From Clostridium sp. CAG:1024 (GTDB lineage Bacteria > Bacillota > Clostridia > Christensenellales > CAG-138), in NCBI GenBank assembly GCA_000432015.1, contig HF985534.1, forward strand, positions 20,720 to 53,627: a stretch of DNA of 32,908 bases, written 5' to 3'. Shown here piece by piece: positions 1 through 12,748 of this stretch (the first letter of the stretch is position 1; the number at the start of each line of letters is the position of its first letter). The notes beneath the pieces were generated by a model. It worked only from the letters and a program-made list of their open reading frames with translations, was not told the DNA's origin and did not search any database. Both the position numbers and the translations under genes were made by a program.

Positions 1-3732
<3,732 letters not shown>

Positions 3733-3806
3733 ATCATGCAGTATAGCATACTTGTGACAGGCTCTGCATCCCGATTTGTCAAAAACCGAAACTTTTTCCA
3801 ATACGC

Positions 3807-3836
3807 TTGTCAATGGCTCGTTACAAAGGCTATAAT
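3807..3836 (+). promoter_or_regulatory. Putative sigma-A promoter for the P-loop ORF/thrC operon
   Basis: TTGTCA (3807-3812), an 18-nt spacer, then TATAAT (3831-3836). Read by eye only. Confidence 0.45.
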
Positions 3837-3879
3837 GGATAAACCGAAAGATAACATATCGGAATGGAGGACAAAAGTT

Positions 3880-4302
3880 TTGATTGGAGTCATCTTTGGG
3901 GAAAAGGGCACAGGAAAAACCAAACATCTGCTGCAGCACGCAAATGAAATGGCCACGAAAGCAAAGGGCAGTCTGGTTTTTATTGACGACGACAACAGCT
4001 ACATGTTTGATCTGTCGAGCAGCATCCGGTTCATCAACGCCGCGGACTACGACATTGACAGCGGAAAAATGCTGTATGGCTTTATCTGCGGCATAGCGGC
4101 GCAGGACTTCGATTTGGAATATGTCTATGTAGACGGTTTCAAAAATTTTGTTCAATATGAGCTCTATGAATTGGAGCCTTTCTTTAAGGATCTTTCGGCG
4201 TTTTCGGAAAAGCATAACATCAATATCATTCTGAGCATCAGCGGCAATAAGGATTCACTCCCCGCGTTCATGAATGATATGGTGCTCAAAACCACATACT
4301 GA
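3880..4302 (+). CDS. Small P-loop NTPase, family not recognised (~140 aa)
   Basis: The track ORF is 3736..4302. I prefer the TTG at 3880 because GGAGG (3866-3870) lies 9 nt upstream. The in-frame ATG at 3835 overlaps the predicted -10 box. It has Walker A GEKGTGKT and a Walker-B-like LVFIDDD. It ends 26 nt before thrC. Confidence 0.6.
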   Translation: MIGVIFGEKGTGKTKHLLQHANEMATKAKGSLVFIDDDNSYMFDLSSSIRFINAADYDIDSGKMLYGFICGIAAQDFDLEYVYVDGFKNFVQYELYELEPFFKDLSAFSEKHNINIILSISGNKDSLPAFMNDMVLKTTY

Positions 4303-4328
4303 ACCAAAAGGAACGAATTGCAGGTAAC

Positions 4329-5804
4329 ATGAACTATCTCAGCACACGCGGCGGCGAAGCCGTCACAGCGGCGCAGGCGATCGTACAGGGCATCTGCCCA
4401 TCAGGCGGTCTGTATGTGCCCGCCGTGTTCCCAAAACTCGATATTCGGGAACTCTCTTCAAACTATCTGGACACAGCGTTTCGTGTCATTTCCCTCTATC
4501 TGCCGGAATTCGATACGGATCAACTCCGTCAGATGATCAAAAGCGCCTACACGTCCTTTGACAGTGATGATGTCGCGCCTCTTGTAGCGCTTAACGATAC
4601 AGAGAGCGTGCTTGAACTGTGGCACGGTCCGACAATGGCGTTTAAGGACATCGCACTCCAACTGTTACCGTATCTGATGCGAGAGTCTCTTCGCCTGACC
4701 GGTGAAAACAAAACCGTTTATATTCTTGTAGCTACCTCAGGCGATACTGGAAAGGCCGCGCTTGAGGGATTCTGTGATGTGGACGGGACGCGTGTGCTTG
4801 TATTTTACCCATATGGCGGCGTTTCCCGTGCGCAGAGGCTTCAAATGGTCACGCAGGAGGGCGAAAACATTGACGTTTGTGCCGTTCGGGGAAACTTTGA
4901 CGATGCGCAGACCGGTGTGAAAAAGATTTTCGCCTCAAAAGATGTGCGGGATGCTTTGGACAAGGAAGGATTTCGGCTGTCGAGTGCAAACTCCATCAAC
5001 TTCGGACGTCTGTTGCCGCAGATCGTATACTATTTTACCGCATATCGCAACATGGCATTGCAAGGGAAAATTGCCATGGGTGATCCGGTCAATTTCTGCG
5101 TGCCGACCGGCAATTTTGGAGATATTCTCGCCGGTTATTATGCCGCACAGATGGGACTTCCCGTAAACAAGCTGATTTGCGCGTCCAATCGAAACCATGT
5201 GCTTGCCGATTTCTTTGAAACCGGCATATATGATGACAAACGGCCTTTTTACAAGAGCATGAGCTGCTCGATCGACATTTTGATTTCAAGCAATCTCGAA
5301 CGTTTGCTTTTCGAGCTTTCAGGCAGAGACGCAGAGACCGTCTCTTCGTGGATGCAGCAGCTTCGGGAATGCGGACGCTATGAGATTGGAGAGTCGCGCA
5401 GAGCAGCCTTGTCAAGCCGGTTTGCGGTCGGTTGGTGCTCGGAAGAGGATACGCTCAAAACGATTCGCAGAATTCATGATGTACACGGGTATCTTATGGA
5501 TCCGCATACCGCGGTCGCACAAACCGTGTACGAGCGATACGCGGCAAGAACGGGCGATGCAACGCCGACCGTGCTGCTTTCCACCGCCAACCCGTACAAA
5601 TTTGCGACCGATGTTCTGTCGGCCTTTGAAACGCCCGCAAGAGATGATTTTGTAAACGCGGATCGTCTGCACGCGCTGACCGGAACGCGTATTCCCGATG
5701 GCATTTCCGGTCTCCACGGCAAGAAGGAGCGGCACCTTGACGTCTGCTCTCTTGATGAAATGCGGGAACGTGTGCTTGGAGGCGTGCAGAATCATGAAGG
5801 ATGA
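4329..5804 (+). CDS. thrC: Threonine synthase
   Basis: 491 aa. It has the N-terminal MNYLSTRGG...GLYVP pattern and the PLP-lysine context PTMAFKDIALQ. Length and motifs fit long-form ThrC. Confidence 0.92.
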   Translation: MNYLSTRGGEAVTAAQAIVQGICPSGGLYVPAVFPKLDIRELSSNYLDTAFRVISLYLPEFDTDQLRQMIKSAYTSFDSDDVAPLVALNDTESVLELWHGPTMAFKDIALQLLPYLMRESLRLTGENKTVYILVATSGDTGKAALEGFCDVDGTRVLVFYPYGGVSRAQRLQMVTQEGENIDVCAVRGNFDDAQTGVKKIFASKDVRDALDKEGFRLSSANSINFGRLLPQIVYYFTAYRNMALQGKIAMGDPVNFCVPTGNFGDILAGYYAAQMGLPVNKLICASNRNHVLADFFETGIYDDKRPFYKSMSCSIDILISSNLERLLFELSGRDAETVSSWMQQLRECGRYEIGESRRAALSSRFAVGWCSEEDTLKTIRRIHDVHGYLMDPHTAVAQTVYERYAARTGDATPTVLLSTANPYKFATDVLSAFETPARDDFVNADRLHALTGTRIPDGISGLHGKKERHLDVCSLDEMRERVLGGVQNHEG

Positions 5805-6972
5805 ACGTGGTTATCGTCGACTGTCTCTCGCGCTGACGATCTTGCTTGGCATAGCGGTCGGCCTGCTCGCCATACTGCTTGTGCGATACCAAGCACTCAG
5901 TCAATATGCGCCGCTCGCGGAAATGGCGGAAACGATCAAAACACATTATTACTATTACGATGCAGATGGCGGCGAGCCCGCCTTGGTTGATGCATCGTTG
6001 CGTGGCATGGCCTCCGGAATCGGCGATGCGTACGCCCAGTATTATACAAAGGAAGAATACGACGAGCTGCTGACTTCACAATCCGGCGAGTACCGGGGCA
6101 TCGGGATCGTTGTGACTGTCCCGGATGAAACCGGAGCACAGATCACGCATGTGTACGACAACAGTCCTATGGCGGAAGCAGGTGCGCAGGCCGGAGACTA
6201 TATCCTCGAGATCAACGACACGGTAACTGCCGGCCTTCCCATGGATGATATGCTTGCCCTGTTTTCGACGGATGAGAACGCTGCAGACGTTTTGAAACTT
6301 CAGCACGGCGACGCGGTATTTACTGTCACGGTACAGCCGCGTGTCGTTTATGTCCCATATGTCCATGTAAAAATGCTGGATGGACAGATCGGATATATCC
6401 GCATCGATTCTTTTCTCGGCAATGTCGCCGGTGAAATGGAGGAGGCGTTAAAGGATCTTCTGACGGATGGAATGCGTTCTCTCGTGCTTGATTTGCGCAA
6501 CAATCCGGGCGGTGGTCTGACCGAAGTGCTCGACGTCGCGGATATGTTCTTGCAAAAGGGAGATCTTATCGTCTCCATTAAATCAAAAACGACGGATACC
6601 GAGAAGTATTATGCCGAAGAGACCGGATACTCGTTCCCTGTCGCGGTACTGGTGAACGGTAATTCTGCTTCAGCATCCGAGCTATTGTCGGGCGCACTGC
6701 AGGATCATGAGCGTGCGGTCATCATCGGTACGCAAACCTTTGGGAAAGGCATCGTGCAGACATACTTCCGGCTCAATAGCAACGCAGGATGGATCAAGAT
6801 TACAACGGACGCTTACTATACGCCAAATGATGTCTGCATTCACGGAATCGGGATTACGCCGGACATCGTCGTTGAGCTTCCCGAAGATGTTCAAAGTCTT
6901 GCGATCGAGTCGTTTTCTGTGGAGCAAGATACACAGCTGATGCGTGCATTGCAGTATCTTAAGAACTCATAA
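5794..6972 (+). CDS. Carboxy-terminal processing protease, peptidase S41 family, with N-terminal membrane anchor and PDZ domain
   Basis: The track ORF starts at 5698. I chose ATG 5794 (MKDERGYRRLSLALTILLGIAVGLL...) because GGAGG lies at 5778-5782. This start overlaps the thrC stop by 11 nt. S41 motifs are LDLRNNPGG, NGNSASASE and TFGKG. Confidence 0.88.
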   Translation: MKDERGYRRLSLALTILLGIAVGLLAILLVRYQALSQYAPLAEMAETIKTHYYYYDADGGEPALVDASLRGMASGIGDAYAQYYTKEEYDELLTSQSGEYRGIGIVVTVPDETGAQITHVYDNSPMAEAGAQAGDYILEINDTVTAGLPMDDMLALFSTDENAADVLKLQHGDAVFTVTVQPRVVYVPYVHVKMLDGQIGYIRIDSFLGNVAGEMEEALKDLLTDGMRSLVLDLRNNPGGGLTEVLDVADMFLQKGDLIVSIKSKTTDTEKYYAEETGYSFPVAVLVNGNSASASELLSGALQDHERAVIIGTQTFGKGIVQTYFRLNSNAGWIKITTDAYYTPNDVCIHGIGITPDIVVELPEDVQSLAIESFSVEQDTQLMRALQYLKNS

Positions 6973-7000
6973 CCGAAGCAGAAATGACAGGAGGAAACGA

Positions 7001-8242
7001 ATGCAAAACATCATTCGCGACATTAACCTTGCGCCGTCCGGCGAGGATAAAATTCTCTGGGCTTGGCGCAATATGCCGCTTCTTCGCGACATTGAAGAGG
7101 AGTTTCGCAGAGAGTTGCCATTCGCCGGGCTCAAAATCGCGCTGTCGATTCATTTGGAAGCAAAGACAGCCTGTCTCTGCCGAACATTAGCCGCAGGCGG
7201 AGCGGATATGTATGTTACCGGTAGCAACCCCTTGTCTACGCAGGACGATGTGGCCGCTGCACTTGCCGCAGGCGGGCTGCATGTGTTTGCCCTGCACGGC
7301 TGCACCGGCGCTGAGTATGATGACTGTCTCCGCCGGGTCGTAGAGGCGGATCCGGACATCATCATTGATGACGGCGGCGACATTATGCACATGATCCGCT
7401 CAGAGTTTTCGGAAAAATCCGCGCATATCTTGGGCGGCTGCGAGGAGACGACAACCGGCATTCTGCGTCTGCGTGCACTAGATGCGGCGGGGGAGCTGCC
7501 CTTCCCGATGATCGCTGTCAACGATGCCGACTGCAAGCATCTGTTTGATAATCGATATGGTACCGGACAGTCTGTGTTCGATGGGATTGATCGCACAACA
7601 AACCTCATAGTCGCCGGGAAATACGTTGTTGTCGCCGGCTACGGCTGGTGCGGAAAAGGCGTCGCAATGCGAGCAAAGGGTCTTGGCGGCAAGGTCATCG
7701 TAACGGAAGTCGATCCAGTGTGCGCAATCGAGGCGGTCATGGACGGCTTTTCGGTCATGCCGATGTTGGAAGCAGCAAAGATCGGAGATCTGTTCATCAC
7801 AGTTACCGGTGATTGTGACGTAATCGGGGAAACGGCATTTTCTGTTATGAAGGACGGCGCCATTCTCTGTAATGCAGGTCACTTTGATGTTGAGGTGAAT
7901 GTAAAGCGTCTCACCGAAATAGCCATCGAGCAAAAGCAGATGAAACCCAACATCCGCGGATATCTCATGCCAAATGGCCGCTGGTTGTACTTGCTCGCCG
8001 AGGGAAGGCTCGTCAACTTAGCGGCCGGCGACGGACATCCGGTAGAAATCATGGATATGAGCTTTGCGATTCAGGCGCTTTCCGCGCGCCACATCGCATT
8101 GCACCGCACTGAGCTTTCTCCGCATCTCATTCCCGTGCCCTCTGAGATCGACGAGAGCGTTGCCAAGAAAAAGCTCAAAGCCATGGGAGTTACGATCGAC
8201 ACGCTGTCGGAGAAACAGCGTGCATATCTCCAGAAATCTTGA
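7001..8242 (+). CDS. ahcY: Adenosylhomocysteinase
   Basis: The track ORF starts with GTG at 6944. I chose ATG 7001, which is preceded by AGGAGG (6989-6994). The N-terminus is MQNIIRDINLAPSGEDKILWA... and the NAD fold is VVAGYGWCGKG. The product is 413 aa. Confidence 0.92.
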   Translation: MQNIIRDINLAPSGEDKILWAWRNMPLLRDIEEEFRRELPFAGLKIALSIHLEAKTACLCRTLAAGGADMYVTGSNPLSTQDDVAAALAAGGLHVFALHGCTGAEYDDCLRRVVEADPDIIIDDGGDIMHMIRSEFSEKSAHILGGCEETTTGILRLRALDAAGELPFPMIAVNDADCKHLFDNRYGTGQSVFDGIDRTTNLIVAGKYVVVAGYGWCGKGVAMRAKGLGGKVIVTEVDPVCAIEAVMDGFSVMPMLEAAKIGDLFITVTGDCDVIGETAFSVMKDGAILCNAGHFDVEVNVKRLTEIAIEQKQMKPNIRGYLMPNGRWLYLLAEGRLVNLAAGDGHPVEIMDMSFAIQALSARHIALHRTELSPHLIPVPSEIDESVAKKKLKAMGVTIDTLSEKQRAYLQKS

Positions 8243-8251
8243 AAATCATGG

Positions 8252-8280
8252 TTTACAATCCTTGCGGAAACTGGTAATAT
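8252..8280 (+). promoter_or_regulatory. Putative sigma-A promoter for the EF-G-like gene
   Basis: TTTACA (8252-8257), a 17-nt spacer, then TAATAT (8275-8280), about 108 nt upstream of the ATG at 8388. Confidence 0.4.
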
Positions 8281-8387
8281 AGTGTTTGGCTAAAATGGGT
8301 TTTTCCGTGTGCCCGAATACACATCTTTGGGAATTCCCGGATCGACTTATGAATACGAAAGCACACTAATATGTAGGGGGTTTCGGA

Positions 8388-10460
8388 ATGAAGGAATACA
8401 CCGCGAAAGACATTCGCAACATTGGCGTTTTCGGTCATGGCGGAGAGGGCAAGACCTCGTTGACCGAGGCCATGCTGTTCAATGCGGGTCTTGTTGACCG
8501 CATGGGCAAGGTTGAAAACGGCACCACCACGACGGATTTTGATCCCGAAGAGATCAAGCGGACCATTTCGATCAACATGGCGCTTGCGCCGTTCGAGTGG
8601 AAAAACACGAAGATCAATGTGATTGACGCGCCCGGTTTCTTCGACTTCTATGGCGAAGTGGCCGCCGCTATGGCACTTGCGGACAGCGCGCTGATCGTCG
8701 TCGGCGCAGTCTCCGGCCCCGTTGTCGGCGCTGAAAAGGCAATGGCAATGTGTGAAAAGCAGCATAAGGCGCGCATGATGGTCATCAATCAGATGGATCG
8801 AGAAAATGCGAATTTCGAGAAGGTCATGGCTGCGATCAATGAAAAGTTTGGTCCTTCCGTTGTCCCGATCCAGCTCCCGATCATTGAGGACGGTGCGTTC
8901 AAAGGATACGTCGATATTATCCACATGACAGCAAAGCTGTTTGACGGCAAGGGCGAAAAAGAGGTCGATATTCCCGCCGCACTCGCAGATGAAGCGCAAA
9001 GCCTCTACGAAAAGCTGACGGAAGCTGCCGCCGAGTCTGATGAAGAACTCATGGAGAAATATTTTGAGGAGGGCGAGCTCTCCCGCGATGAGATTCTGCG
9101 GGGTCTCTCCCAGGGTGTATGCGAGGGAATCGTGACCCCCGTTTGCTGCACTGCCGCAACCGCCAACATCGGCGTCGCGACGCTGCTCGATAACATGGTG
9201 CATTATCTGCCCGCCGCGGACCAGGTAAAAGCGCGCCCCGCGGTTGACGCAAAGACAGGCGATCCGATCGAGGTCAAACAAGATGGAAAATTCGCCGCAC
9301 AGGTCATGAAAACAGTTATCGACCAGTTCGGCAAATACTCCATCATCAAAGTGTTCAGCGGCTCCGTCGACGTGAACACCCAGTTGTACAATGCCAACGC
9401 GGAGAAGGCCGAAAAGCCCACCGCGCCCGTGCTTCTCCGTGGGAAAAAGAGCGAGAACATCGGCAAGCTGAACGCAGGGGACATCGGCGCCATTCCGAAG
9501 CTCCAGTATACCGCGACCGGCGATACGCTTTGCGATCCTGCCGCCCCCGTGAAGTTCGATGCGATCGATTTCCCCGAGCCGTGCATCAGCCTTGCTGTGA
9601 CGGCGAAGAAACAGGGCGAAGACGACAAGGTCATCTCCGGTCTGAACCGTATCAAGGAAGAGGATCCGACCATTCGCATTGAGAAAAATGCAGAGACGGG
9701 CGATGTCCTCATTTGCGGTCTCGGCGAGATGCATATCGATGTCGTTTGCGCAAAACTGAAGAATAAGTCCAACGTGGAAGCCTCCCTTGCGGATCCGCGC
9801 ATCCCGTACCGTGAGACCATTCGCGCGACAGCGGAAGCCGAAGGCAAGCACAAAAAGCAGTCCGGCGGCAGCGGTCAGTTCGGCGTTGTCCAGATGCGCT
9901 TTGAGCCCGCGCCCGAGGGAACGGATTTTGAATTCGTCAATGCGATCGTCGGCGGCGTTGTTCCGAAGGAATACATCCCCGCTGTCGAAAAGGGTCTGCG
10001 TGAGGCGATGGTACATGGCGTTCTCGCCGGATATCCGATGGTTGGCATCAAAGCGACGCTCTATGACGGAAAGTACCATCCCGTTGACTCCAAGGAAGTT
10101 GCGTTTAAATCCGCAGCTCGTCTGTCTTACAAGGCCGCTTGCGCAAAGGCTTCTCCCGCGCTGATCGAGCCAATCTATCGTTATGATATTCTCGTTCCTA
10201 ACGAGTACGTCGGCGACGTTATCGGCGACCTGAATCGGCGTCGCGGACGCATGCTGGGCATGAACCCTGTTGACGGCGGTACGGAAGTTGTAGCTGAAGC
10301 TCCGCTGTCCGAGATGTTCAAGTACGCGACCGATCTGCGTTCTATGACGCAGGCGCGCGGTTCCTTCAAATCTGAGTTTGTCCGCTACGAGGATGTACCT
10401 GGCAACGTTGCACAGAAGATCATCGAGCAGGCCAAGATCGATGACGAAGAGGACGATTGA
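8388..10460 (+). CDS. Elongation factor G paralog (EF-G-like translational GTPase with divergent G motifs)
   Basis: 690 aa and collinear with EF-G domains I-V. The G1 motif is GHGGEGKTS rather than AHIDAGKTT. Switch II is DAPGFFDF rather than DTPGHVDF. G4 is NQMD rather than NKMD. It is a stand-alone gene with its own promoter and terminator, not in a str operon context. Confidence 0.85.
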   Translation: MKEYTAKDIRNIGVFGHGGEGKTSLTEAMLFNAGLVDRMGKVENGTTTTDFDPEEIKRTISINMALAPFEWKNTKINVIDAPGFFDFYGEVAAAMALADSALIVVGAVSGPVVGAEKAMAMCEKQHKARMMVINQMDRENANFEKVMAAINEKFGPSVVPIQLPIIEDGAFKGYVDIIHMTAKLFDGKGEKEVDIPAALADEAQSLYEKLTEAAAESDEELMEKYFEEGELSRDEILRGLSQGVCEGIVTPVCCTAATANIGVATLLDNMVHYLPAADQVKARPAVDAKTGDPIEVKQDGKFAAQVMKTVIDQFGKYSIIKVFSGSVDVNTQLYNANAEKAEKPTAPVLLRGKKSENIGKLNAGDIGAIPKLQYTATGDTLCDPAAPVKFDAIDFPEPCISLAVTAKKQGEDDKVISGLNRIKEEDPTIRIEKNAETGDVLICGLGEMHIDVVCAKLKNKSNVEASLADPRIPYRETIRATAEAEGKHKKQSGGSGQFGVVQMRFEPAPEGTDFEFVNAIVGGVVPKEYIPAVEKGLREAMVHGVLAGYPMVGIKATLYDGKYHPVDSKEVAFKSAARLSYKAACAKASPALIEPIYRYDILVPNEYVGDVIGDLNRRRGRMLGMNPVDGGTEVVAEAPLSEMFKYATDLRSMTQARGSFKSEFVRYEDVPGNVAQKIIEQAKIDDEEDD

Positions 10461-10479
10461 TTGTAATTCTCCACACAAA

Positions 10480-10510
10480 CTGCCCGTCGCAGATGCGACG
10501 GGCAGTTTTA
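10480..10510 (+). terminator. Rho-independent terminator after the EF-G-like gene
   Basis: A perfect 11-bp stem, CTGCCCGTCGC (10480-10490) with GCGACGGGCAG (10495-10505), has a 4-nt loop and is followed by TTTT. Confidence 0.85.
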
Positions 10511-10887
10511 TAATGTAAGGAAATACGCCGCCGTTTTGCAGTCGCCCCCTGCAAGTCCAGTTCATGACATCCGTTTCACAGACGATTCCGATTTTTCTAT
10601 ATCATCATAGAGATATCGAAGATATTTATAGAAATTACAGAAACAAGCTGTCAAACCGTGAATCAGGTTGCTATACAGGGTATACCGATAATCTGCAAAT
10701 ACGTTCGCAGAAATTAGGAGGGGCGAATGCTTTTGTCCGCGTCGCCGGGAAGATGAACGGAACATCTATTTTAGTGCAAGCAGGGGACTGCCGACTTCTG
10801 TTGCCTTATCGCATAGTGTTTCCAGAGACGACCCGACGCGACTTTTCCAATTCAAACTATTTGATACCGCACGTTTTTCACATCCTC

Positions 10888-10916
10888 TTGTCGACAGGCT
10901 CGTTTTTCGCTATAAT
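10888..10916 (+). promoter_or_regulatory. Putative sigma-A promoter for the miaB operon
   Basis: TTGTCG (10888-10893), a 17-nt spacer, then TATAAT (10911-10916), 30 nt upstream of the miaB ATG. Confidence 0.5.
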
Positions 10917-10945
10917 AGAGTAGAGAAAAATTGGAGTAGTATGCA

Positions 10946-12331
10946 ATGCATCAAGAATTTGATCGAATTTCGTTGGATATGCTGCGATCGGAACTTGCCG
11001 ATCGGAATATGCGTTATACCATTGAAACATATGGCTGTCAAATGAATGTGCGAGACAGTGAGATCATTGCCGGAATGCTGGACGCAGTCGGCATGAAGTC
11101 AACAGAGGATAGATCGGAAGCAGACCTCATCCTGTTTAATACATGTTGTGTGCGTGACCACGCCGAAAAGCGGCTGCTTGGCAATATTGGCGCGCTGCGC
11201 CCGCTAAAAGAGGCCAAGCCGGGCTTGGTAATCGGCGTGTGCGGATGCATGATGCAGCAAAAGGAGGTCGCCGAAAAACTATATCGCAGATTCCCGTTTG
11301 TCGATATCATATTTGGTACGCATATGCTGGATCGGCTGCCGGATATGCTGAAAACAGTTTTCAGCGGCGAGCGTGTTCTTGCCGTTTCCGCTGATGACAT
11401 TCATATTACGGAGGGTTTGCCGTCTCATCGGCCGGGCGGCAGTTCCGCTTTTGTGAACATCATGTACGGTTGCAACAACTACTGCACCTACTGCATTGTA
11501 CCATATGTGCGTGGTCCGGAACGCTCCCGTACACCGGCGTCCATTTTGGATGAGATTCGCTCTCTGGCCGCTTCCGGTTATTCGGAGATCACTCTGCTTG
11601 GGCAAAATGTAAACTCTTATGGGCTGGATCGAAAGGATGACACAACTTTTCCTGAGCTGTTGAAGCAAGTGAGCGAGGTGGATGGAATCCGGCGTATTCG
11701 CTTTATGACATCGCATCCTAAGGATCTGTCCGACGAGTTGATTCGGGCTATAGCAACGCTCCCGAACATATGCCATCACGTGCACCTGCCCGTCCAATCA
11801 GGCTCAAACAGCATTTTGCGCCGGATGAACCGCAAGTACACAAGGGAGCAGTACCTCGCGATCGTCAAAAAGCTGCACGAGGCTATCCCTGACGTTGAAC
11901 TCACTACGGATATTATTGTAGGATTTCCCGGGGAGACAGAAGAAGATTTTCTGGAAACGATGTCACTTGTGGCAGACGTGGGGTATGCCGCCGCATTTAC
12001 ATTTAAGTATTCTCCGAGGCAGGGGACGAGCGCAGCAAAAATGTCGGAGCAGATCTCCGAAAAGGAAAAACAGGATCGTCTGCAGCGTCTGAATGCATTG
12101 CAGCTGGAGATGACGCAAAAAAACAATGAGAAGTACATTGGCGTTTCCGGAGAAGTTCTCGTCGAAGGTTGTGAGGAGAAGGGGGAAGGACTCGCATTCG
12201 GAAAGTTTTCGAACTTCAAGATGGTTTATTTCCCCGGTACGCCGGATTTGATCGGAACTTACCAGAGAGTTGTCGTTGAACGGACAAGACGCAATTCTCT
12301 TGTTGGCAGAATGGAAGGAGAAGACAAATGA
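10946..12331 (+). CDS. miaB: tRNA-i6A37 methylthiotransferase MiaB (radical SAM)
   Basis: 461 aa. It has the N-terminal UPF0004 block TYGCQMN, the radical-SAM motif CNNYCTYCIVPYVRG and a C-terminal TRAM-like region. GGAG lies 9 nt upstream of the ATG. Confidence 0.92.
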   Translation: MHQEFDRISLDMLRSELADRNMRYTIETYGCQMNVRDSEIIAGMLDAVGMKSTEDRSEADLILFNTCCVRDHAEKRLLGNIGALRPLKEAKPGLVIGVCGCMMQQKEVAEKLYRRFPFVDIIFGTHMLDRLPDMLKTVFSGERVLAVSADDIHITEGLPSHRPGGSSAFVNIMYGCNNYCTYCIVPYVRGPERSRTPASILDEIRSLAASGYSEITLLGQNVNSYGLDRKDDTTFPELLKQVSEVDGIRRIRFMTSHPKDLSDELIRAIATLPNICHHVHLPVQSGSNSILRRMNRKYTREQYLAIVKKLHEAIPDVELTTDIIVGFPGETEEDFLETMSLVADVGYAAAFTFKYSPRQGTSAAKMSEQISEKEKQDRLQRLNALQLEMTQKNNEKYIGVSGEVLVEGCEEKGEGLAFGKFSNFKMVYFPGTPDLIGTYQRVVVERTRRNSLVGRMEGEDK

Positions 12332-12711
12332 TCGAACAAGCCAGAGAGCTGGGACTTGCGCTTGCGAACTCTCCGGAGTTCCTGCGTATGGCCAAAGCCC
12401 GGCAGAATATGACGGAGAATACTGCGCTTTGCGAGCTGATGACCGCCTTTAACGACAAACGGGACGCGGTTGTTGCGCTCATGCAGTCGGACGACATCGA
12501 TCGCGTCGAAGCGCTTGAAATGTCCGCGGATTTGGAACGTCTCCAGCAGCAGTTGTTTGAAAACCCGATATTTACAGAGGTCATGGAGTCCGAACGGGTC
12601 TTCCAGGAATTATTAAATGCCGTCAACGATGAGATCCGAGCATGTATCGGCCTCGACGGTCATGCCGGCTGCAGCGGAGATTGTAGCGGCTGCAAAGGCT
12701 GCTCGCACTGA
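12328..12711 (+). CDS. YlbF/YmcA (RicF/RicA) family protein with Cys-rich C-terminal tail
   Basis: 127 aa and helical, with the tail GCSGDCSGCKGCSH. Its start overlaps the miaB stop (ATGA). Its position between miaB and mutS matches Bacillus ymcB(miaB)-ymcA-...-mutS. Confidence 0.75.
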   Translation: MIEQARELGLALANSPEFLRMAKARQNMTENTALCELMTAFNDKRDAVVALMQSDDIDRVEALEMSADLERLQQQLFENPIFTEVMESERVFQELLNAVNDEIRACIGLDGHAGCSGDCSGCKGCSH

Positions 12712-12748
12712 ACATGGGCATTGCTCCGCGGGTGAGAAAGGATTACCT

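Noticed and set aside
3733-4215. N-terminal 161-codon extension of the pcrA track ORF (914 aa)
   Set aside because: The extension has no helicase similarity. It overlaps the P-loop ORF on the opposite strand and both divergent promoters. The canonical PcrA N-terminus begins at ATG 3732.
8253-10565. 770-aa ORF on the minus strand
   Set aside because: It is entirely antisense to the well-supported EF-G-like gene. The peptide is low-complexity (Arg/Leu/Gly-rich), has no motifs and has no RBS. It looks like a typical shadow ORF of a codon-biased gene.
10564-10923. 119-aa plus ORF and 67-aa minus ORF in the EF-G/miaB intergenic region
   Set aside because: The plus ORF runs through the predicted miaB promoter and starts just downstream of the EF-G terminator, with no SD. 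The composition is not protein-like. Only the SD-linked mini-ORF is kept, as a low-interest note.
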